Assembly (NCBI GenBank): GCA_963833985.1
Contig: CAWIAD010000001.1
Span: forward strand, 2,880,001 to 2,944,000
Direction of reading: 5' to 3'
DNA: 64,000 bases
Origin: an uncultured Planctomycetaceae bacterium
GTDB taxonomy: Bacteria; Planctomycetota; Planctomycetia; Isosphaerales; Isosphaeraceae
Positions 41,660-50,391 of this stretch are shown here, one piece after another; position 1 is the stretch's first letter; each line of letters starts with the position of its first letter. The notes under the pieces were generated by a model, which saw only the letters and a program-made list of their open reading frames with translations, did not search any database and was not told the DNA's origin. Both the position numbers and the translations under genes were made by a program.

Positions 41660-44600
41660 TTGCCTGATATCCAGCGAGACTTGTTGCTCGCGACCCTGGC
41701 CTTGCTGACCGGCGCGGTGCCCCGGGATGCGCTCCACCGCGCGCTGGTCTCATGGACCAAGGCACCAGACTCCTCCGTGGCCGAACTTCTGCGCCAGCAG
41801 GGGGTGATCGACGACAGCCAGCTCCAGGCGCTTCAGTGTCTGGTCTCGGCTCATCTGCGCAACCACAATGGGGATATTAATTTAAGCCTGAGCGCCTGGA
41901 ATGCGGAGGCACTCACCCAGGACATGCTGACCGAGCTGGAGAATGCAGCGCCCGGAAGCACGATCGCGGCGACCATCGCCGGAAGCCTGACTCCGCAGAG
42001 AACCCGTGCGCCGCAGGGCGAGTCTGATCTGGGAGTGAATGCCAACCTGCCAAGCTACACGCCGGAGGAGAGATTCGAGCTCATCGAGCCGTATGCCAGG
42101 GGGGGTATCGGCCAGGTCTGGCGTGCCCGCGATCGCGAGCTTCAGCGTGAAGTCGCCGTCAAGGAGATCCAGCCGCGGCTCGTGGACCGTCAAGGACTGA
42201 GGAAGCGGTTCCTGCTGGAGGCCGAGATCACGGGCAATCTCGAGCATCCCGGAATCGTGCCGGTCTACAGCCTGGGACGCAACGCCGCGGGACGCCCGTT
42301 CTACGCCATGCGCTTCATCCGGGGCGAGAGCCTTTCCTCGGCGATCAAGAAGTTCCACGCCGCTCGTTCGGGCGCAAGCGAAGCCGCACGCCGGCATTCC
42401 CGGTCGGACTGGGGCATCGAATTTCAGCAGTTGCTGCGCCGGTTTCTCGACGTGTGCGATGCCATGGAGTACGCCCACAGCCGGGGCGTCATTCATCGCG
42501 ATCTCAAGCCGGCGAATATCATGCTCGGCGAATATGGGGAAACCCTGGTCGTGGACTGGGGCCTCGCCAAGCGCACCGGCAAGCATGACGTCGTGGCGGA
42601 GCACGAGGCCACCGAACTGGGGGAGGATGCCGGCGGGGAGTCAACCACGGCCGGCGAGACCCAGCCCGGAACCACCATTGGAACGCCTTCCTACATGAGC
42701 CCGGAACAGGCCCGCGGGACGATCGAAGAACTGGGCCCGGTGAGCGACGTGTACAGCCTGGGAGCCACGCTCTACGAGCTGCTCACGGGAAAATTCCCGT
42801 TCTCGGCAGAGAACGCCGCCGCCATCATCGCCAGGGTGAAAGCGGGAGACCTGGTGGCACCGCGTCAGCTCGTGCCGTCGGTGCCCCCGCAGCTCGAGGC
42901 CATCTGCCTCAAGGCCATGGCCTATCAGCCTGATCGCCGGTACCAGTCCGCCCGTGAGCTGGCGCTGGACCTGGAGCACTGGATCGCTGACGAGCCGGTC
43001 GCCGCATATCCCGAGCGGCCACCGCAGAAGCTGGCCCGCTGGCTGCGCCGCCATCGCAGCTGGACCTATGCCGCAGCCGCAGCCCTCATTGCCATCACGA
43101 TGATCGCGACCACGGCACTGGTGGTGGTGGACGCCGCCCGCCGCGGCCAGGAGATCGCCCGCAAGGAGGCGGAGGGCAATTTTGAAATGGCCCAGCAGGC
43201 CGTTGAAAACTATCTCACCAACGTCAGCGAGAACACGCTGTTCAAGGAACAGGACACGCTCGACATCCGCAACCTCCGGAAAGAGCTGCTCCAGTCAGCG
43301 CTCCCCTTCTACAAGAAGTTCGTCATCGAGCACAGCCACGATCCCCGGCTCCAGGAGCAGCTCGCCAAGGCCTACTTCCGGCTCGGCGACATCACCCGTG
43401 TGATCGCCAGCTCGCAGGACGCCCGCGAGTATTACCGCCTGGCACTGGAGACCTGGGAGCCCCTGGCCCACTCCGACCCCGCGAACCTCGAGCTGCAACA
43501 GCACGTGGCCGATTGCCATTTCGTCTTCGGACAGATCCTCCAGGCCGAGAACCTGCCGGAGGCGATCGCCTTCTTCAGCAGCGCGCTGGCCAGCTACCAG
43601 AAGCTGACCGAGCAGAAACCCTCCGAGGCGCGATACCAGTCCAGCCTGGCGGCATGCTGCTCGGAGCTGGGGCTGTGCTTCTCCCGGCTGGACCGGATCG
43701 ACGAGGCCCTCCAGTTCCTGAACAGGGCCCGCGGCATCCAGGAGCATCTGGTCGCGCTCAATCCCCGCAAGATCGAGTACAAGAAGAACCTGGCCGAAAT
43801 CATCAACCATGTCGGTTACCTCGATTTCACGCGTCGGGACTACCCCGCGGCGCTACAGGTCTACCGGCAGTTCCAGAAACTTTGCCGGGAGATCCTCGAT
43901 GAGCTTCCGGCCGGACCGAAGCCGCTGAACATCCTGGACCTGCTGGCGCGGAGCCATTACAACATCGCGTCCATCGAGCGTGACCAGGGCCATGCCGAGC
44001 TGTCGCTGGAGGCGTCCCGCGAGGCCGAGGAGAACTGGGCCCGGCTTGCCGAGTCGCATCCGTCGGTGAACAGCTACCAGAGCGATCTCGGCCTGGCCCT
44101 GTGGCTGCGAGCCTGGGCCGAGTTCACACTGGGCAAGAGCGCTGATGCCCTCACCTCCGTCCAGAAAGACATCGATATCTGTAATCGGCTGCTCAAGGCG
44201 GAGCCGGGTAATCTTGTCTACCTGATCGAGCTGGCCCACGCGTGGAACCTCAAGGGGGTGATCCATGACGAGGCCCGGCAGAACGATCTGGCGCGCCCGC
44301 CGTTCGAGGAAGCGGTGCGGTTGCGGCGGTCGATCCTGGAGCGTTCCCGCGGCATCGACGAGCACAAGAGAGATCTCTGCGTGAGCCTGGAAAACCTCGG
44401 AGAGGTTCATGTGGACGCTGGCGATGTGCGCGGAGGATTGCCCTTCTACCAGGAAGCCGCCCGCCTCCGTCAGGAGCTCGCCGCATCGCATCCGGGGGAC
44501 TGCCGCGACGCGGCAGAGCTCGTCGAGAAGCTGCTCCTGATCGGCAACATCCAGCGACAGAACGGGGACTCGAGTCTCGCCGCGGAGACCTGCGATCGCG

Positions 44601-45172
44601 CACAAGGCCGTGTGCAACCATTGCATTGCTCCGAGAGCGACAGTCACATTCGTGACCTCTGGCTTGCCGGGGTCCTGGAACGCAAGGCGGGCGCACTTGC
44701 CGACCAGGGCCGAAGAGCCGACGCAATCGGCCTGCTGAAACAGGCCGCGGATCACGCCAGGCAGGCCCTGCGGGCGACGGAAGACGGCACCCGGGCCCGC
44801 GAATTCCTCAGCGAATCGCTCTGGACCCTCGCGCGCCTGACCCGTGAGCAGGGAACCACCAGCACCCCCGACGTGCCCGATGGCAACTGGCGATCGGTCT
44901 GGGACAATCGCCCAGCCGGCGAGCTGGTCGACCTTGCGGTCCGGCTGGCCGCGCGGGCGAACCTCATCGGCTACGGGACCACCCCGGTTCCGGCGATCGG
45001 CAAGGAGATGCGCCGGCTCGATTGCGATCAGGCCGCAGACTGCCTCGAACTCGCGATCCGCCGGGGATACAAGGACTTCGAGCGGCTCAAGAAGAATCCC
45101 GATCTTCGCCCACTGCTGGAGCGCGAGACGCTCAAGCTTCTCATCGCTGGCAAGGAACAGCCTGGCCACTGA
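41660..45172 (+). CDS. Membrane Ser/Thr protein kinase with C-terminal TPR-like repeats
   Basis: GGIGQV, VAVK, HRDLKPAN, DWGLA and GTPSYMSPEQ motifs, then a TM segment (WTYAAAAALIAITMIATTALVVV) and helical repeats. Start codon is uncertain. Confidence 0.92.
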   Translation: MPDIQRDLLLATLALLTGAVPRDALHRALVSWTKAPDSSVAELLRQQGVIDDSQLQALQCLVSAHLRNHNGDINLSLSAWNAEALTQDMLTELENAAPGSTIAATIAGSLTPQRTRAPQGESDLGVNANLPSYTPEERFELIEPYARGGIGQVWRARDRELQREVAVKEIQPRLVDRQGLRKRFLLEAEITGNLEHPGIVPVYSLGRNAAGRPFYAMRFIRGESLSSAIKKFHAARSGASEAARRHSRSDWGIEFQQLLRRFLDVCDAMEYAHSRGVIHRDLKPANIMLGEYGETLVVDWGLAKRTGKHDVVAEHEATELGEDAGGESTTAGETQPGTTIGTPSYMSPEQARGTIEELGPVSDVYSLGATLYELLTGKFPFSAENAAAIIARVKAGDLVAPRQLVPSVPPQLEAICLKAMAYQPDRRYQSARELALDLEHWIADEPVAAYPERPPQKLARWLRRHRSWTYAAAAALIAITMIATTALVVVDAARRGQEIARKEAEGNFEMAQQAVENYLTNVSENTLFKEQDTLDIRNLRKELLQSALPFYKKFVIEHSHDPRLQEQLAKAYFRLGDITRVIASSQDAREYYRLALETWEPLAHSDPANLELQQHVADCHFVFGQILQAENLPEAIAFFSSALASYQKLTEQKPSEARYQSSLAACCSELGLCFSRLDRIDEALQFLNRARGIQEHLVALNPRKIEYKKNLAEIINHVGYLDFTRRDYPAALQVYRQFQKLCREILDELPAGPKPLNILDLLARSHYNIASIERDQGHAELSLEASREAEENWARLAESHPSVNSYQSDLGLALWLRAWAEFTLGKSADALTSVQKDIDICNRLLKAEPGNLVYLIELAHAWNLKGVIHDEARQNDLARPPFEEAVRLRRSILERSRGIDEHKRDLCVSLENLGEVHVDAGDVRGGLPFYQEAARLRQELAASHPGDCRDAAELVEKLLLIGNIQRQNGDSSLAAETCDRAQGRVQPLHCSESDSHIRDLWLAGVLERKAGALADQGRRADAIGLLKQAADHARQALRATEDGTRAREFLSESLWTLARLTREQGTTSTPDVPDGNWRSVWDNRPAGELVDLAVRLAARANLIGYGTTPVPAIGKEMRRLDCDQAADCLELAIRRGYKDFERLKKNPDLRPLLERETLKLLIAGKEQPGH

Positions 45173-45272
45173 TCGCCCGCACCGATCAGGCGGATTTATC
45201 GTGAGCGGCGCCATACGAAAGGACCGCTCTCCGTGCACTGAGTGCGGAATCTCAAGAAAAAAATGGGTTCTT

Positions 45273-45297
45273 GTAACATTCAGGCAGTAAACTCGTA
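45273..45297 (+). promoter_or_regulatory. Candidate ECF-sigma promoter
   Basis: GTAAC-N16-CGTA, 45 bp upstream of the peptide ORF. Confidence 0.35.
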
Positions 45298-45342
45298 TCT
45301 CTTTGTAGACAATTCTGCTTCCTATCTCGCAAGGAGCCCGTC

Positions 45343-45498
45343 ATGACGGAACCGAACAAGAATGAGAAATCGACGAGCCGCCCCGAGACCAAGACCGACA
45401 AGAAAGGCTCGGAGACGGTCCATCTCTCGGCTGAAGACCTCCGCAAGATTTCCGGCGGAGCCACAACCGTCCCCGGGACGAAGGGCCCGCACGGCTGA
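45343..45498 (+). CDS. Double-glycine leader precursor peptide, 51 aa (not in ORF track)
   Basis: AAGGAG RBS; MTEPNKNEKSTSRPETKTDKKGSETVHLSAEDLRKISGG|ATTVPGTKGPHG; next gene is an HlyD protein. Confidence 0.8.
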   Translation: MTEPNKNEKSTSRPETKTDKKGSETVHLSAEDLRKISGGATTVPGTKGPHG

Positions 45499-45585
45499 GA
45501 ACTGCGCGGGCGCCGCGGGCGGTCGTCGCCGGATAAGAAGCGGCCTCTATACTGTTCCACCCGCACCTGATGGTTCTCGCACGCT

Positions 45586-45625
45586 GCCCCTGAAATCGCC
45601 GCGCCGAGCGAACAGGGGCTTTTTT
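45586..45625 (+). terminator. Possible intrinsic terminator
   Basis: GCCCCTG...CAGGGGC stem followed by a T run. Confidence 0.45.
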
Positions 45626-45806
45626 GTTCGAGCAAGCTGAGCGCAGTGCAGCAGTTGCGGGCCGGTCGGCCCGCACTCGGCGTCTGAGCACGCGCCGTTT
45701 CGTCGCGCATGCCAATCACGCTGCACGAAGCGCGGCTAGTCTAAACTTCGGGGAACTCGACCGGTCCACCAAGGTGACCAGGGCAAACCTTGCAGGGAAC
45801 GAGCCC

Positions 45807-47143
45807 ATGAGCGACTCCGCGACCGAGTCGTCCGGACCTCCAATGGACCTCTCCGGAGTGGCCATGGAACAGCTGGACACGCTGGTCCACGTCACCAACA
45901 TCCAGGCCTGGATTTCGCTCGGCAGCCTCTTCGCCATCTGCGCGGGGGCCGTCCTGTTCGCCTTCGTTTACCGGGTTCCCAAGAAGGTGGTCGGAGAGGG
46001 CATCCTGCTGATCAAGAAAGATCGGCTCAGCCAGATACGCGCTCTGGGCACGGGCCGGCTCGTACGCCTGGACGTATCGCTGGGCGATACGGTCCAGCCG
46101 AACCAGCCCATCGGCGAGATCTACCAGGAAGATCTGCGAGACACCATCCGGGAGACAACCGCCCGGCTGGAACAGCTCAGGAACGAGAACGACCGGCTGA
46201 TCCGCTTCGAGGACGAGGAGCGAACCGCCCAGGACCAGGCGATCGCCCGGCTCAGGGACGCGGTCCAGCGCACCGTGGAGAATGCCACCGAAGGACTGAG
46301 GATCGCGCTGCGGATCGTCGAGGGCTCGGAGCGCTTGCGCCTGATCAGCCAGCTCAGCAACCTCGACTACCTGAAGGATCTTGAACAAAAATACACGATA
46401 CAGAACGACCTGAACAACGGCTACACCAAGCTTGCCGAGGTGGAGCTGACGCGCCTGACCTCGGAGAACCAGCGCCAGCGGCGCGGCTTCAGCGCCAGCT
46501 CGAGATCAGCAAGCTGGTGACGAAGCTTCGGCTGGACCGCGACAAGCTGGATCGGACCTCCCGGATTCTCAGCCATGAGACGGGCACGGTCACCCAGATT
46601 CTCACGGCTGCCGACGAGCTGGTGCGTGAGGGTGCTCCCGTCGTGCTGCTGTCGTCTCCCTGGCGGCCCATGCCGGGAACAGACGCCGACAAGCCCTACG
46701 ATTGCATCGCCTTCGTGCCGGCCGGCGAGGGGAAGAAGATCGACGTCGGCAATTTCGTCGAGGTGATGCCGGCGACCATCAAGCGCGAGGAGCACGGTTA
46801 CGTGCACGGCCGGGTGGTGTCGGTCTCCGAATTGCCCGCCACGCGGCTGGCCATGGAGGCAGCGCTCCAGCATCCCGACCTGGTGGAGACGTTCCTCAAG
46901 AAGTACGCGCCGGGCGTCTTGCTACGCGTGCACATCCAGCTTGTCCCGCGTGAGCCGTCCCCGGACCACGAGAGCGCGGCCGGCGATCCGGAAATCCTCA
47001 ATCGCTTCCGCTGGTCTTCCACCTCAGGCACTCGCCAGAAGCTGAAGACCGCCACGCTCTGCCAGGCCGCCATCGTGGTGGAAAAACAGCGCCTCATCGC
47101 GCTGGTCATTCCCTGGCTGAAGAAGTTCATGGAGCTTCAGTGA
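45807..47143 (+). CDS. HlyD-family peptide secretion adaptor (NHLP-system type), frameshifted near 46490
   Basis: EQLDTLVHVT...W-TM...VGEGILL, coiled coil, and GKKIDVG...VMPATIKREEHGYVHGRV...PAT. Confidence 0.85.
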
Positions 47144-47203
47144 TCTGCGGCCTGCCCCAGCCGTCTGGGTTCCGGCCATGGCGATCAGGCAACCATCTGC
47201 CCG

Positions 47204-47281
47204 GACAAAGACAGGACAAAGACAGACAAAGACAGGACAGACAAAGACAGGACATGCGACAAAGACAGGACATGCAACGCA
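47204..47281 (+). repeat. Stutter array at the upstream end of the second RAYT element
   Basis: Five head-to-tail copies of GACAAAGACAGGACATGC..., each with the same 5' start. Confidence 0.85.
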
Positions 47282-47372
47282 ATCCATCAGACACATCGCC
47301 GGGCCCCCGGTCCGCACGTCTCGGCGCTCGTGGCGCATGGCCAGGCTGCGCCAGCGCCCTGGATCCGCGGCG

Positions 47373-47575
47373 CATGGCCACGTGCGTGAGCACGTGGTTT
47401 TCACGGGCGCAGCCTCCAACCTCGGGCGTGAGCCCGACCTGCATATCGCCTCGTCACACCATCCCCCCGGCGCCGGTCCGCCAGTCCCGACGCTCGGCGC
47501 GTATGGCACATGGCCACATGCGTCAGCACGTGGTTTTCACGGGCGCAGCCTCCAACCTCGGGCGTGAGCCCGACC
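47373..47575 (+). repeat. Two copies of the 67-bp RAYT terminal repeat
   Basis: 47373-47439 and 47509-47575: CATGGCCACRTGCGTSAGCACGTGGTTTTCACGGGCGCAGCCTCCAACCTCGGGCGTGAGCCCGACC. Confidence 0.85.
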
Positions 47576-47605
47576 AGAACCCGGCTGACAGCCCTACGAT
47601 CTGGC

Positions 47606-48125
47606 TGATCTGAACCCGGTGGCCGCAGGGATCGCTGAAGTGCCCGAGGCGAGCACTCACAAGTCGATCAAGCAGCGGGTCGAGCACGTTCAGGAGCAGG
47701 GGCGAGTCGAGGACCTGAAGGCTGCCGAGGCGGGCAGCGTGGCGGGGTCGCAGGCGGCCGCGGGACTGGAAGAAGGCCTGTGGCTGTGCCCGATCGAGGA
47801 CCGCAGGAGGCTGGACTCGGACTCGGACTCCGGTCGCGGTCGCGAGGGGAGGGTCGAGGGGTTCTCGCTGGGCAACTATCTGCTGCTGGTGGACTACACC
47901 GGGCGGCTGTTTCGCGAGGGGAAGGCGGCGATCTCGGCGGAACTGGCCGGGATCCTGGAGCGGCTGGGAAGCAATGCCGAGAGCTGGCAAGCATGGCTGG
48001 CGAAGCTGGCCGGTAGCCGGCTACTGGGTGGGTTCTTCACGGCGAGCCGGGAGCGGCTGCGGGAGACAGCCGGGCGTCTGGGCCGGCATCATCTGGCGAA
48101 CCTGGGCGAGTGCGCGGCGCGGTGA
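47606..48125 (+). pseudogene. 3' half of a RAYT-like transposase
   Basis: DLNPVAAG...LWLCPIEDRRR...HLANLG is closely similar to the 14922..15956 product; the HUH motif and catalytic Tyr are missing. Confidence 0.88.
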
Positions 48126-48167
48126 AGTGGCGACGACGCGGTGATAAACGTGATGCGGCGCGGTGCT

Positions 48168-48430
48168 GGTCGGGCTCACGCCCGAGGTTGGAGGCTGCGC
48201 CCGTGAAAACCACGCGCTCACGCACGTGGCCATACGCCGCGGAGTCCATGGCGCTCGCGCACGTGGCCATGCGCCGCAGAGTCCATGGCGCTGACGCACG
48301 TGGCCATACGCCGCAGAGTCCATGGCGCTGACGCACGTGGCCATACGCCGCGGACGCCAGGACCGGTAGACCAGCGCGCGGCCTTGCGTGCGATGCCACG
48401 ACGTGCGGGTCGGGCTCACGCCCGAGACCC
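48168..48430 (-). repeat. Terminal repeat, 37-bp tandem repeat and partial terminal repeat
   Basis: 67-bp repeat at 48168-48233; CGCACGTGGCCATRCGCCGC units at 48221, 48258, 48295 and 48332; hairpin again at about 48408-48426. Confidence 0.85.
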
Positions 48431-49333
48431 CTGCGCCGCCAGCAGCTCGAGCACCTCGCGCGTGCACGGCGCCGCGCCACCGGAAGAGTCCAGGTCACGC
48501 TGAACCGACGAGATGAGCAGACGCATGGGGCACCTGAGGTGGAAGTGATAAGACCGCGCCGGCACACGCAGAGCACACCGCGGGGAATGTCGCAAACGCC
48601 CGCCGTTTTGATCGTAGACTGAATAAGACGGCACCATGCCGATGCTCTTTGACAACTCGGTCGATGGTTCAAATCAGCGCGACGCCCCGCAGCCAGGCGT
48701 CGCGCTGGCCGGAGGGATCTCCGGCAAGCCTCGCGGCCCACCACATGACATCCCGAGAAAGCAACGCGAAGATCGAAGCCAATCGAAAATGGAGGTTCAA
48801 GTTCAATCAGGCAAATGGTTAACGTCCGATGGCTTCGTTGCGCGATGGACAGAACGAAGCCATTTCGGGCAAGTCTTCGCCGGTGGGCGTACGAGCAGAC
48901 AAGCTGGTCCACCCGCACCGCTGTGAGCCAGGCAAGGCTGGAGGTGGTGGCGTCCTTCCGGAGCGGGCGTGCGAAGTTCTCGCCGCGGCCGGTGGGTGCC
49001 GATGGGACACGGAAACGGCTTCGGCAGCGAGATCGGGTACTGTGAGGGATCCGGCGGCCTGGGCGGCCCAGGCGAGGTCGCGAGGCGCACGTGATTCAGG
49101 GGCTTCCGTTCCAGCAATCGTTGAGGTTTGCGCGAGACGGACACACCGTGGGGATTGGGTAAACGAGGTGGGCGCTGGCAAGGCACTCCTTGACGCAGCT
49201 TGCTTGATTTGCCAGGCGCGACGGGGCGCGCATGCCGCGAGGCGGGTTGGGCTCATTCCAGCGCGCGATCGATCCGATACGAAGGTGGATGGAGCGGCGT
49301 GTGGCCAGCAGAGCAAGGGAGAGCAGGCCAGAG

Positions 49334-50245
49334 ATGGAAGCAATCCAGCTAGCAGTTTCCCAGGAAGCCTCAACATCCGTACGCGCGGCCGCGTCCCTGG
49401 AATCCGCACGCTCGGCCCCGCCGGTGAGTGTGCCGCAGCCCTTCACCGCGCCGGCGGCCGGCTACGCGGAGCCGCGGGACCGCGACGAGCTTGAAGCCCT
49501 GCGCCGGCAGATCGTCGCCCTGCAACGGATCAGCAGCCTGGGAGTGCTGGCCGGCGGCGTGTTCCATGAGCTGAACAACACCCTGACGCCCATCATCAAC
49601 TACGCGAAGCTGGGCCTGCGGAACTCCGACCCGGCCTACCGTGAGCGCGCCCTGGCGCGGATCCTTGACGCAGGCCAGCGCGCCGCGGCCATCACCGGCG
49701 GCATGCTCGGGCTCTCGCGGCCCGGACGCGAGCCGAAGGAACGCATTGCCATCGATCTCTCGCGGCTGGTCCAGGAGGTGGCCCTGCTGATCAACAAGGA
49801 CCTGGCGCGCCACCGCGTGCGGCTCGAGGTTCAGATCAAGGGCAAGCCCTTTGCGCGGGTGAACCCCGCGCAGATCCAGCAGGTGCTCATCAACCTGCTG
49901 ATCAACGCGCGGCAGGCGATGCCCGAGGGAGGCATGGTGACCCTCCGGCTGGCTCCCGACCCGAACGGCCGGCTGGCCGAGCTGAGCGTCACCGATCACG
50001 GCGTCGGCATCGCGCCGGGGAACCTGAGACGTATCTTCGAGCCCTTCTTCTCCACGAAGATTGGGCCCGATAGCTCCGGCCTGGGCGGCACCGGACTGGG
50101 GCTTTCCGTCTGCCGCGATATCGTCGAGGCCCACCACGGCCGCCTCCGCGCCGAGAGCCGGCTCGGCCAGGGCTCAACCTTCACCTTGCTGCTTCCCGCG
50201 TGCCCGGAATCTGCCGGCGCCATCGCACGACCGCCCGCCGCGTGA
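49334..50245 (+). CDS. Cytoplasmic histidine kinase (HisKA plus HATPase)
   Basis: FHELNN, NLLINA, DHGVG, FEPFFSTK and GTGLGL motifs. Confidence 0.92.
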   Translation: MEAIQLAVSQEASTSVRAAASLESARSAPPVSVPQPFTAPAAGYAEPRDRDELEALRRQIVALQRISSLGVLAGGVFHELNNTLTPIINYAKLGLRNSDPAYRERALARILDAGQRAAAITGGMLGLSRPGREPKERIAIDLSRLVQEVALLINKDLARHRVRLEVQIKGKPFARVNPAQIQQVLINLLINARQAMPEGGMVTLRLAPDPNGRLAELSVTDHGVGIAPGNLRRIFEPFFSTKIGPDSSGLGGTGLGLSVCRDIVEAHHGRLRAESRLGQGSTFTLLLPACPESAGAIARPPAA

Positions 50246-50391
50246 ACAGGCCATCCTGAACAAAACCTCCGTATTTGCATTTTTCTCCGGCTCCGCGAAG
50301 AGTCATGGATAGTTCCCCGCCGCTCCGGGCACTACTGGAGGATTCGGGGGAACGGATCCAGATTCTCATTCCATTCGCGGAGAGCCGACTC

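Noticed and set aside
48221..48357. CRISPR-like 37-bp repeats
   Set aside because: Units are contiguous with no spacers.
48430..49300. Possible genes or ncRNA between the RAYT remnant and the histidine kinase
   Set aside because: No recognisable motifs or RBS; no call can be supported.
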